DNA of 64,000 nt from an uncultured Phycisphaerales bacterium. GTDB taxonomy: Bacteria > Planctomycetota > Phycisphaerae > Sedimentisphaerales > Anaerobacaceae. Shown here in pieces: positions 54,273 through 64,000 of the stretch. The notes below the pieces were generated by a model, which was given only the letters and a program-made list of their open reading frames with translations, was not told where the DNA came from and made no database searches. The position numbers and the translations under genes were made by a program. Position 1 is the stretch's first letter. Each line of letters begins with the position of its first letter. The stretch is taken from contig CAVYYI010000001.1 in NCBI GenBank assembly GCA_963772725.1, forward strand, positions 160,001 to 224,000. The letters are read 5' to 3'.

Positions 54273-54576
54273 AAAGGCGTTCCAATGAGTTGTAATATGA
54301 AGAAGAAATAGAAGAGGCGAGTGTGAACAGGAGATGAGAGTGGTACGAAAAAGACTGAATTATCCTTCCATCGGCCCTTCTGACTGATTAATTTGTGTTT
54401 TAAGCAGGCATAAATGTGCCTTAGCCTTAAAAATTTGTTTGAAATATGCAGACACAACTAATGAAAGCCGTTTGGTGTGTTGCCAAACGAAAAGATATGG
54501 TGTTTGGATATTGAAGGCAGCAAGGTTTGGGCTTATGCCGAAGGAAATAGAGTCTCTTTTAGAAGAGGAGGTTCGT

Positions 54577-55638
54577 ATGAGTAAGAAATTTATTGTTTTA
54601 GCTTTGATGCTGAGCTTAGTCAGTATCGCATCCGCTGCTCCGGCATTGTATTGGGACGGCAGTACTAACCAGGAATGGGGAACCGGCGACAACTGGAGCA
54701 CAGGACTTGTTCCGACTTCCGCACAGGACGCAGCTATCGATGTTACCACCAGTGGCGGTCCTAACCTTGGTACAGGCGACACGGGTATCTGCAAGTATGT
54801 CGACGTCGGGTATGCTGCAGGCACGACTGGTGCATTGACCGTAAGCGGCGGCAAGCTAACCGTAACAGATAAAGCTTATATCGGCTATTCCGGTACCGGC
54901 TCGCTTTCTATGACCGGCGGAACAATTGATGTTGTAAAGTATGATTTCATGATTGCCGCTTCCACTGGCTCTTCAGGTTCGATGGAAATGAGCGATGGAG
55001 TTATCCACGTTGGAAGGAAATTCATTGTAGGTGGCGGCGGGACAGGTTCGGGTACCGCATCATTCACTATGAGCGGCGGCTCTATCGGAGTTGTGATGGC
55101 GGGAAGCACACTTACACCTTATGACTTCCAAATGGCAAGCGCTGCCGGTGTTACCTGCACTGGAAATATGAGCGGCGGCACAATCACTGTTGCCAGAGAT
55201 TTCATCGCCAGCTTGGCCGGTACAGGTGTTTACACGATGACAGGCGGCGTAATTAACGTGATTGGTGGCAAGTTAAAACCCACTGGAAATGCCAGCAGCA
55301 ACGGAACGATTAACCTCGATGGCGGTACTGTTTATGCCAATGGTGTTTACTTTCGCCAATTTGACCCATTATATTTGGGATCGGCTACAGGTTTAATTAA
55401 CATAACCGGCGGCAAAATGGTTTTAGTTGACCTCGATGGTACGACCAAGACCCTTGTTGAGGGTTATGTTACCGGTGGCGGCATAAAAGGTTATGGTTTT
55501 GCCGACCTCGACCATGTGATTGTCAGCTACGACAGTGTTGCTCAAAGGACGACTGTAACAGCTGTTCCGGAACCAGCAACGATAACGCTGCTTGGTCTTG
55601 CAGGGTTGGTCTTGATTCGCAGGAGAAGACACGCCTAA
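54577..55638 (+). CDS. PEP-CTERM sorted, Gly/Thr-rich beta-repeat surface protein
   Basis: GAGGAGG RBS, signal peptide, G...MSGG.I.V repeats, C-terminal VPEPATITLLGLAGLVLIRRRR. Confidence 0.93.
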   Translation: MSKKFIVLALMLSLVSIASAAPALYWDGSTNQEWGTGDNWSTGLVPTSAQDAAIDVTTSGGPNLGTGDTGICKYVDVGYAAGTTGALTVSGGKLTVTDKAYIGYSGTGSLSMTGGTIDVVKYDFMIAASTGSSGSMEMSDGVIHVGRKFIVGGGGTGSGTASFTMSGGSIGVVMAGSTLTPYDFQMASAAGVTCTGNMSGGTITVARDFIASLAGTGVYTMTGGVINVIGGKLKPTGNASSNGTINLDGGTVYANGVYFRQFDPLYLGSATGLINITGGKMVLVDLDGTTKTLVEGYVTGGGIKGYGFADLDHVIVSYDSVAQRTTVTAVPEPATITLLGLAGLVLIRRRRHA

Positions 55639-55686
55639 TTGTTAAGGAATAAATCCTGATTAGAAGTGTGTGAATTTGTTTGACAT

Positions 55687-55721
55687 AGGCCTGTATCGTA
55701 TAATCCGGTACAGGCCTTTTT
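55687..55721 (+). terminator. Intrinsic terminator between convergent genes
   Basis: AGGCCTGTA...TACAGGCCT followed by a T run. Confidence 0.7.
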
Positions 55722-55759
55722 CATTTAAGATTAACTGCCACCTTATTTACATATTATCG

Positions 55760-57241
55760 CTAAATCCATATCGACTTGAGATTCCAGATGTTTAGGATTT
55801 GAATTTTAGCTTGGCCGTTTTTGGTAAATATTTCCAGTGTTTTATTGTCTGCGTCGATTGGAAAACCCATTAAGATGGATTTCCAGCCATCATTGGCGAA
55901 GATTTCGATACTTACACGGTCAATGAGTATGTGGAGTTTAATCTTACCATTGATGGCAGGCAGGTCGATTTTCCTATCAGCGGTTGAAAGAGTTTTGTCT
56001 TTTGCATTATAGACTAAGGGGGTTCCGCGGAGTGTAAAGCCGACTTCCGATGCGTCAGCTGGTTCTATCTCGGTTTCGATTTCAAAAAGCTCTCCTGATA
56101 TGTCGGAGAGAATATTTTCGCCTGGTTTGAGAAAAATATCTTTCCAGGATTGTTCTTTTTCGCGTAACCCCTTAATTTCTCTGACAGGAACGCGGCACAA
56201 GCGAACACCCTCAGGAGTTGTCCGAAGGGTAAGTTCGCAGGGTATCGACATCTGCTGGCTAAAAGGCATATCAGGATATTTGCCGCCTTTGAGCCATGCG
56301 ATTTGTATTCTTCGGCCATCTGATTTTGGAATATCGCTCCATGTCTGGGCGGCGTAGAAGGTATAAGGTTTTTCACAGGATACAAGCGACTCTGTTTCGG
56401 GAGTAAATTTATTTCCATCAAAACTCCCGAGCATGTATCTGCATGTTGCGCCCCAAAAGACCCATTTTTTATTATTCGAATTGCCGTCAACGGGCAGTTC
56501 AAAGAAATCCGGGCATTCGTGGTTTGAGGGAAGCATGAACTCCTGTAGTTTAGTCCATTGTTTGAAGTCCTTTGAGGACAGCAGGCAGAAAACACCTTTT
56601 TCAAGATATATAACCATAATCCATTTTTTCCCAGGTTCATACCAGAAAACTTTTGGGTCGCGATTGGCGCCTCTGATATTGGGCACGACGGGATTGTTTT
56701 TATATTTAGTCCAGGTTTTGCCGCGGTCATTACTATAAGCGATACACTGCGTATAAGGTTTTGGAACCGGGGCATGCTCGCCTGCTGCGGTGTAAAATGC
56801 GACCAGCACATCTTCTTTGCCTGTTTTAAAGCCGCCGGTATTGTTCCAGTCCACAACAGCAGAACCGGAATATATGGCACCAAGGTCATCCGGTTCAATG
56901 GCATTGGGCAGTTGTTTCCAGTGTATAAGGTCAGCACTAACGGCGTGACCCCAGGTCTGGTTAGCAAACTTGACCTTTATGTTAAAAGGGTCATGCTGGA
57001 AGAACAAATGATATTCGCCCTTATAGTAAACCAGACCGTTCGGGTCGTTCATCCAGTTTTTTTGTGGGGTAAAATGAAACTGCGGCCGGTACTTTTCATG
57101 GTATAAAATATCGGTGGCGAGTTTTTCTTTGTTTTCGGCGGCCAATACCTGATTAGTAAATATCATTGGAAAACCTGCTGATGCTGTAACAAAACCCGCC
57201 GTCTTTAAAAATTCGCGTCTGTTCACGCATTTATCAAGCAT
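55760..57241 (-). CDS. GH32 beta-fructosidase/levanase with a Tat signal
   Basis: NRREFLK, WMNDPNG, WGHAVS, RDPKVF, ECPD, YAAQTW. Confidence 0.93.
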   Translation of the reverse strand: MLDKCVNRREFLKTAGFVTASAGFPMIFTNQVLAAENKEKLATDILYHEKYRPQFHFTPQKNWMNDPNGLVYYKGEYHLFFQHDPFNIKVKFANQTWGHAVSADLIHWKQLPNAIEPDDLGAIYSGSAVVDWNNTGGFKTGKEDVLVAFYTAAGEHAPVPKPYTQCIAYSNDRGKTWTKYKNNPVVPNIRGANRDPKVFWYEPGKKWIMVIYLEKGVFCLLSSKDFKQWTKLQEFMLPSNHECPDFFELPVDGNSNNKKWVFWGATCRYMLGSFDGNKFTPETESLVSCEKPYTFYAAQTWSDIPKSDGRRIQIAWLKGGKYPDMPFSQQMSIPCELTLRTTPEGVRLCRVPVREIKGLREKEQSWKDIFLKPGENILSDISGELFEIETEIEPADASEVGFTLRGTPLVYNAKDKTLSTADRKIDLPAINGKIKLHILIDRVSIEIFANDGWKSILMGFPIDADNKTLEIFTKNGQAKIQILNIWNLKSIWI

Positions 57242-57634
57242 ATAGAACTCCTTTATGTCGTTATCTATGCTTTCCTGGAGATTACTTTTTTTCATATTAG
57301 CTTAGCAGCTAAATATAACATATTTCATCTCCGAGCCAACGCCATTTTGCGCAATTAAATATTATAGTTTCTGCTCAAAAAGCAAAACTAAATCTGAGCC
57401 ATTTCCACAGACTTTAGTTGCAAGATCAAAGACGCTATGTCGCAAAAAAGTTAATTTTTGACGCATAATGGTGTTGCGTATGAAGAATAAAACTATTAGA
57501 ATGTGGGATAATGGTTTATAAAATGGTTGACCGGTAAGATTAAAAGGCTTAGTCTTCTTTAAAGTTTGCTCGGAAAGCAGAAGGCCTTTAGGAAAATCAT
57601 TTTAAGTAATGAAGTTGCAAGTGGATTTGTTGAT

Positions 57635-58723
57635 ATGGACGGAACAAAAAATATATCGTATCTTCTTAATAATATTACTGAATTATCACATGAATTTGGA
57701 ACCACAGATTATGTTCGCGGGGGCGGCGGCAATACCTCGGTAAAAGACGAAGACACTGTTTGGGTGAAGCCCTCGGGAACAACCCTCTCTGGTTTAACGC
57801 CGGATTCGTTTATAGCTTTGGACAGGAAAAAACTCGCACATTTATACCAGATAACGCCGCCGTCAGATTCGGCTGCTCGCGAGTCTCTTGTTAAAGACAT
57901 AATGGCTTCTGCCATAAAGTCAGGCCGAAATGCAAGGCCGTCAGTTGAATCGCCTTTGCATGATTCATTTACCGGCCGATACGTTGTTCACACTCATCCT
58001 GCACTGGTCAATGGTATGACCTGTGCCGCACAAGGCGCCAAAACCTGCAAAGAATTATTTGCAGATTCGTTGTGGATTGATTATGTGGACCCCGGTTATA
58101 CTCTTTGTATGCACGTGCGCCAATGTATCGAAGATTACGAGAAAAAACATGGGCATCAGCCCGAGGTCGTTTTCCTGCAGAATCATGGCGTTTTTGTTGC
58201 AGGCGATTCTCCGCAGCAAATCCGAAATAAGTATGCCGAAATTATGCAGGCCCTCAAAGAACAATATCGTAAGGCGGGCATATCAACAACGCTTCAAATT
58301 CCTAAAATAACCTCTGTTGAAAAAACAGAAGCTATGAAAAAAAAAATCCGTGAAGTGTTCGGGCAAGAAAAGGCGGCGTTTATTGAAGTGTGCGGCAAAA
58401 TCCGTATCGCTGACGGCCCCATATCGCCGGACCATATTGTTTATTCCAAATCCTATCCTTTCATCGGAGAGCCAACGGAAAAAGGCATTAACCGGTTTAT
58501 CAACAAGCATGGCTATTCTCCGGTTATAATAAACTGGGAAAATTTAATCTTTGCCATAGGGGCCAATCGAAATGCTGTGTTTCTCGCACTGGAGCTTGCA
58601 AAAGATGGTGCATTGGTTTTGCAATTGACAGAAGCCTTCGGAGGCATTACCTATATGAATCGCAAAGCAACGGATTTTATTGAAAACTGGGAAGTCGAAA
58701 TTTACAGAAAAAAACAAATATAA
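57635..58723 (+). CDS. Class II aldolase/adducin family protein, probable rhamnulose-1-phosphate aldolase
   Basis: GGGGNTSVK, KPSG, PSVE, VVHTHP, LQNHG, PDH; upstream of rhaA. Confidence 0.8.
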   Translation: MDGTKNISYLLNNITELSHEFGTTDYVRGGGGNTSVKDEDTVWVKPSGTTLSGLTPDSFIALDRKKLAHLYQITPPSDSAARESLVKDIMASAIKSGRNARPSVESPLHDSFTGRYVVHTHPALVNGMTCAAQGAKTCKELFADSLWIDYVDPGYTLCMHVRQCIEDYEKKHGHQPEVVFLQNHGVFVAGDSPQQIRNKYAEIMQALKEQYRKAGISTTLQIPKITSVEKTEAMKKKIREVFGQEKAAFIEVCGKIRIADGPISPDHIVYSKSYPFIGEPTEKGINRFINKHGYSPVIINWENLIFAIGANRNAVFLALELAKDGALVLQLTEAFGGITYMNRKATDFIENWEVEIYRKKQI

Positions 58724-58747
58724 CTTAAAATATTGGGAGTATTGATT

Positions 58748-60019
58748 ATGGCTAAAGACAAAGTTGTCGAGCAGGCCTACGCTGCAGCAAAACAGCAGTA
58801 TGCCGATTTGGGTGTTGATACTGATAAAGTAATGAAGAAGCTGGCTGGCGCGGCAATATCCCTGCAGTGCTGGCAGGGCGATGACGTCAGCGGTTTCGAA
58901 AAAGCCGGCGCCGAACTCTCTGGCGGCGGCATCCAGGCCACCGGTAACTATCCCGGTAAAGCCCGCACAATTTCGGAACTTCGCAGCGACCTCAACATGG
59001 CATTAGGCCTGATACCTGGCAAACATCGTTTGAATCTTCACGCCTGCTATCTCGATAATAAAGGCAAATTTATCGAGCGTAATAATATTGGCCCGGAGCA
59101 TTTCCAAAGCTGGATAGACTGGGCTAAGCAAAAAGGTATGGGGCTCGATTTCAACCCGACATATTTTTCTCATCCCAAAGCGGATGACGGTTTCACTCTC
59201 AGTAACAGCGATAAAGGAATAAGAAAATTCTGGATTGAGCATGGTATTGCCTGCCGCAAAATATCAGAGCAAATGGGCAAAGAACTTGGAACCCCATGCG
59301 TAACTAATTTCTGGATTCCCGACGGCTATAAAGATATTCCCATAGACAGGAAAGGCCCTCGTCAGAGGCTCGTTGAGTCACTCGATGCTATTTTCGCTGA
59401 AAAGCTCAATCCCAAGTATCACCGCGATGCCGTTGAGGCAAAACTATTTGGTATCGGCTCAGAAAGCTATGTCGTCGGTTCGCATGAATTTTACATGGGT
59501 TATGCCGTAAGTCGTAAAACTATATTGTGCCTCGATGCCGGCCATTTTCATCCGACCGAAGTAATCTCCGATAAACTTTCATCTATTTTTTCTTTTCTCG
59601 ATGAAATTCTTCTGCATGTAAGCCGCGGAGTCAGGTGGGATAGCGACCATGTTGTTATTTTGAATGATGAGCTCTGCGCAATATCACAGGAGCTTGTAAG
59701 GGGCGGCTATCTCGACAGGGTGCACATCGGACTCGATTTCTTTGATGCCAGTATTAACCGTATTGCCGCGTGGGTAATCGGCACTCGCAATATGATTAAA
59801 TCGCTTTTGATTGCAATGCTCGAACCAATTGAAAAGCTGCGGGAACTGGAAAACCGCGGCGACTTTACCTCACGCCTTGCAATGCTCGAAGAGCTAAAGA
59901 CACTGCCCTACGGAAGCGTCTGGGACGAATACTGCAGGCAGATGGAAACGCCTGTGGGTGCTGCCTGGCTCAATGAGGTAAAACAATACGAAAAAACGGT
60001 GTTGAAGCTTCGCAAATAA
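58748..60019 (+). CDS. rhaA: L-rhamnose isomerase
   Basis: [51 protein letters not shown]. Confidence 0.96.
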   Translation: MAKDKVVEQAYAAAKQQYADLGVDTDKVMKKLAGAAISLQCWQGDDVSGFEKAGAELSGGGIQATGNYPGKARTISELRSDLNMALGLIPGKHRLNLHACYLDNKGKFIERNNIGPEHFQSWIDWAKQKGMGLDFNPTYFSHPKADDGFTLSNSDKGIRKFWIEHGIACRKISEQMGKELGTPCVTNFWIPDGYKDIPIDRKGPRQRLVESLDAIFAEKLNPKYHRDAVEAKLFGIGSESYVVGSHEFYMGYAVSRKTILCLDAGHFHPTEVISDKLSSIFSFLDEILLHVSRGVRWDSDHVVILNDELCAISQELVRGGYLDRVHIGLDFFDASINRIAAWVIGTRNMIKSLLIAMLEPIEKLRELENRGDFTSRLAMLEELKTLPYGSVWDEYCRQMETPVGAAWLNEVKQYEKTVLKLRK

Positions 60020-60047
60020 TTAAGTTCATTTTTTTAGGGAGAAAATT

Positions 60048-61124
60048 ATGAATCCAGAATCAATGACTAATCCAGCGTTGGGAGTGTTTATTTTTACACT
60101 GGGCGGACTGGCAGGAGCCATATTCTACCTGCCGTTCAAGAAGGTTAAGAACTGGGCGTGGGAGAGCTACTGGCTTGTGTATGCCGTGGCGGGACTGCTG
60201 GTTGTACCCTGGCTGCTGGCGTTCGCAATGTCGCCGAACGTGATAAGTGTACTGAAGGTTTCGCCCCGAAACGAACTGTGGTACTGCTATCTGTGTGGAG
60301 CGGCCTGGGGTATTGGAGGACTGACCTGGGGCCTGATGATACGATACCTCGGCGTAGGGCTGGGTCTGGCCATTGGCTGTGGACTATGCTCTGCATCAGG
60401 AACACTGATACCCAAGATGCTTAAAGGCGAGTTTGGCCAGTTATTTGAGCCGGGCAGCGGTATTACTTCTTTGATAGGTGTGCTGGTGTCACTTGTCGGT
60501 ATCGTGCTGATTGGTATGGCAGGGATGTCCAAAGAAAATGAACTGCCTGAGGAAGCAAAGAAAAAGGCAGTCGCGGAATTCAACTTCAAAAAAGGCATCA
60601 TGGTTGCAATATTTTCCGGCCTGATGAGTTCGGCTATGAGCTTTGGCCTTCAGGGCGGAACGACGATTGAGACCTTGGCGATGGCGACGCAGCCGGTTAC
60701 TTCTACCGCATGGAAAGGGATGCCGGTGCTTGTCATTGTGCTGCTGGGTGGCTTTACCATCAATTTTCTGTGGTGTCTGCTGCTCAACATAAAGAACAAA
60801 ACTGTGGGCGACTATGCTAAGGCAAATACGCCGCTGGCAGGAAACCTCGTCTTTGCGGGTTTGGCGGGCGCAATCTGGTGTTCCCAGTTTATATGTTTCA
60901 AAACTGCTGAGCCGGCGATGGGTAAGATAGCCTACGTTGGCTGGGCGGTATTGATGGCCAGCGCCATCATGTTCAGCTCACTTTTGGGTATTTTACTGGG
61001 CGAATGGAAGGGTACTAGCCTACGTACGCGTATCCTGCTTGGCATTGGTTTGGCTGTTCTTATTGGTTCGACAGTTATAGTTGGTTATGGAAATTATTTA
61101 GGAATAGCGGCGCAGTCTTATTAA
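60048..61124 (+). CDS. rhaT: L-rhamnose/proton symporter
   Basis: FYLPFKKVKNWAWE, WGIGGLTWGL..RYLG, EFNFKKG, GEWKG. Confidence 0.92.
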   Translation: MNPESMTNPALGVFIFTLGGLAGAIFYLPFKKVKNWAWESYWLVYAVAGLLVVPWLLAFAMSPNVISVLKVSPRNELWYCYLCGAAWGIGGLTWGLMIRYLGVGLGLAIGCGLCSASGTLIPKMLKGEFGQLFEPGSGITSLIGVLVSLVGIVLIGMAGMSKENELPEEAKKKAVAEFNFKKGIMVAIFSGLMSSAMSFGLQGGTTIETLAMATQPVTSTAWKGMPVLVIVLLGGFTINFLWCLLLNIKNKTVGDYAKANTPLAGNLVFAGLAGAIWCSQFICFKTAEPAMGKIAYVGWAVLMASAIMFSSLLGILLGEWKGTSLRTRILLGIGLAVLIGSTVIVGYGNYLGIAAQSY

Positions 61125-61211
61125 AAATTAAAAGGATGGAAATCGTAAATCGGGTTGAATGTTTTTGTTCTGTTATGAATTTTTATCTTATTGTGGATTT
61201 GGGGATAAAAA

Positions 61212-64000
61212 ATGGAAAAGTTAGTAATTCGTAAAGTAATTTTGCCATATATTGTAATGGCATTTTATGTAGCAGGAACTCAATGTTTCGCAGCGAATGC
61301 TAAGGCTCAAACAGAACAAAAGTCTGGTTCGGCGACTGTTTTCGATTTATATCCTCGCAATTATTCCAGCGAGCTTGATATGCAATTGTTTCGTCAGCCA
61401 ACAGCGGAATATCGCGGAACGCCGTTCTGGAGCTGGAATAACAAACTCGATTTGCAGCAGCTTCTCCGTCAACTCGATTATTTTAAGGAAATGGGTTTTG
61501 GCGGGGTTACAATCCACTGTCGTACAGGGCTTGGTACGGAATACCTTGGACAGGAATATCTGCAAATTGTAAAGACCTGCGATGCGAAAGCCAAAAATTT
61601 GGGAATGCTTACCTGGCTTTATGATGAAGACCGCTGGCCATCAGGTTTTGCGGGAGGGCTGGTTACAAAGGATGAGCAATATCGCTCCAAACAACTGAGG
61701 TTTACGACAATGCCGAATAAAAGTTCCTCAGATAAAAGTGTGCTGCTGGCACGTTATGAAGTTCAACTTAAAAATGGGTATCTTGAAAGTTATCGGTTGC
61801 TGAAAAAAGATGAAATTGCTTCGCTGGCCGGAAAACTCTGGTATGCGTACCTCGAACCCGAAATGTCAAAGCCTGACCCGTGGTACAATAATCAGACTTA
61901 TGTGGATACCCTGAACAAAAAGGCAATTGAACGTTTCATTGAAGTAACGCATGAACGGTATTTTTCTGCTGTTGGTGATGAGTTTGGCAAATCGATACCG
62001 GCTATTTTTACCGACGAGCCGCATTACAAGTCGCTCAACAAACAGTATCTGGCGCGACCTGATGAAATACGGGATATTTGTATTCCCTTTACCACAGATT
62101 TTTTTGAAACGTATCAGAAAGCTTATAACCAGAAACTAATAAACCATTTACCGGAGCTTTTCTGGGAACTGCCCGCCGGCAAGGCGTCTGTGGTTAGATA
62201 CTGCTATTACGACCATCTGTCCGAACGTTTCGCCGCAGCCTTTGGTGATACGATAGGCCGGTGGTGTGATAAGCATAATATTGCCCTGACCGGACATCCA
62301 CTCGCTGAAGCGGCGTTAGGTTCGCAGACCAATGTTGCAGGCGAATGTATGCGTTTCTATCGCAGCTTCGGGATTCCCGGCATCGATATGCTCTTAGACC
62401 GTCTTGAATACACCACTGCCAAGCAGGCACAAAGTGCGTTCCCATCAGTACGGTCGGCCAGGTGTGCTGAGCGAACTATACGGCGTAACAGGCTGGCATT
62501 TTGATTTTGTCGGCCACAAAGCACAGGGCGATTGGCAGGCTGCGCTCGGAGTAACAGTACGTGTTCCACACTTGTCTTGGGTCTCGATGGCCGGTGAAGC
62601 CAAACGCGATTATCCGGCTTCTATTTTCTACCAATCTCCATGGTACAGGGAATATAAATTAATTGAGGATTATTTTGGTCGCATTAATACAGCTATGACG
62701 CGAGGAACTCCGGCAGTGCGTATTGGTGTTATCCACCCCATTGAATCCTACTGGCTCTGCTGTGGGCCGCTCAACCAGACTGAAAAGGAAAGAAACAAAC
62801 AGGAAGAAAACTTTGCAAATCTTACAAAATGGCTTTTGTTTTCATTGATGGATTTTGATTTCATCTGCGAATCGACTTTGCCGGTTCAATGTCCAAAGCA
62901 GAAAGGCTCCCGATTTAGAGTAGGTCAAATGGCTTATGATGCTGTCATTGTTCCGGATTTGCGGACGATACGGTCAACAACGCTTGACCGGCTTGAGGCT
63001 TTCGCCAAAGCGGGTGGCAAAGTTGTCTTCGCAGGCGCAATTCCTTCGCTGGTTGATGCTCAGACATCAGACAGGCCGATGCAACTGGCAAAGCAATGCA
63101 CGCAAGTCGATTTCAACTCTTCGCAAATCGTTGCAGCGATAGAACCGTATCGGCTAATTGATTCGCATCTTGCCGATGGTAAAAGGACAGAGTCTTTACT
63201 GTACCAGATGCGCATCGATGGGACTCAACGACATATCTTTTTCTGCAACACCGACCGCGAGCATCCATTGGACAACACGAGTATTCGCATTAGCGGCGAC
63301 TGGAATGTTACATTACTTAATACATTTGACGGCACAAGCCGGCCGTTAGCCGTAAAGCGTAAAAAAGGTGAGTCTACAATTGTTCCTTGGAGTTTTCCTG
63401 CTCATGGCAGTCTGCTGCTGACGCTGAACCCCGGTTTTAAGCCGGTAAGCGAATTGCCGACAGTACAGTGGCAGGATTATTCACAACTCGATAGCCCTGT
63501 GAAAGTTACGCTCTCTGAACGCAATGTTTTGCTGCTTGACCAGGCACAGTGGAAGTTTAATGATGAACCATGGCAGGGGGCGGAAGAGATTTTGCGGATA
63601 GAAAACCTGGTTCGTGCTCGTTTGAAACTCGGAGAAAAGAGCGGTCATATCGTTCAGCCATGGGCTGACCGCAGCCCTGCCCAGGAACTGGCAAAAGTAA
63701 GTCTGAAATACGCAGTTGACTGTAGCGTGGAAGTGAATGAGCCGCTGCTGGCACTGGAAGAGCCGCAGCAGGTTCATCTGCAGCTTGACGGCAAAAACAT
63801 ATCGATAACTGATACCGGATATTTCACGGATGAGGCTATACGAACTGTGCGACTGCCGAAACTGACAACCGGAACGCACGAAATCGTATTGACGATGCCT
63901 TTTACTCGCAAGACAAATCTTGAATGGTGTTATCTGCTTGGTAATTTCGGCGTTAATATCGAAGGCCGTAAAGCACAGATTATCGCGCCGGTACATACGC
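61212..64000 (+). CDS. Exported GH106-like alpha-L-rhamnosidase (frameshift near 62440; runs off the window)
   Basis: PFWSWN, LYDEDRWPSG.AGG, FTDEP, PGID; continues in another frame as SELYGVTGW...GEAKRDYPASI. Confidence 0.8.

Noticed and set aside
54439..54576. N-terminal extension of the PEP-CTERM ORF
   Set aside because: The strong RBS and signal peptide place the start at 54577.
55760..56967. 300-aa alternative-frame ORF 56065-56967 inside GH32
   Set aside because: Overlaps an intact GH32 frame that holds all catalytic motifs; no features of its own.

Overview
Bacterial chromosomal window, probably Planctomycetota (Phycisphaerae-like). The taxonomy is inferred from gene content and style (PEP-CTERM, lpxD/lpxI, GxxExxY repeats) and is not proven. 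The assembly carries many indels: even thrS and rplT are frameshifted, so broken ORFs are mostly read as sequencing errors. Layout: (1) 1-4822 is the end of an integrative element at tRNA-Ser(GCT). It carries a ubiquitin-like conjugation-type operon (unannotated 55-aa peptide plus hairpin, E2-like, JAB with E2-like, ThiF/E1, small ORF) with no visible Ubl or CD-NTase, followed by an excisionase and a tyrosine integrase that reads into the tRNA. (2) 5-24.9 kb is core genome: HtrA/PDZ pair, two-component system, vWA and DUF4139 genes, thrS-infC-rpmI-rplT-(GxxExxY)-pheS, lpxI, lpxD, a GT2 and tRNA-Ser(GGA). (3) About 24.9-54.2 kb is a ~29 kb island bounded by a duplicated tRNA 3' end, with a decayed integrase. 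It carries polyphosphate genes (ppk1, ppx, CHAD, phosphoesterase-HD, ppk2), a glycogen-to-acetate route (glgP, pgm, pgi, xfp, ackA), an RbbA-type ABC exporter and an intact IS5. (4) 54.5-64 kb holds a PEP-CTERM protein, a GH32 and a rhamnose cluster (aldolase, rhaA, rhaT, GH106). The best candidate for an undescribed system is the peptide/E2/JAB/E1 operon at 196-3136.
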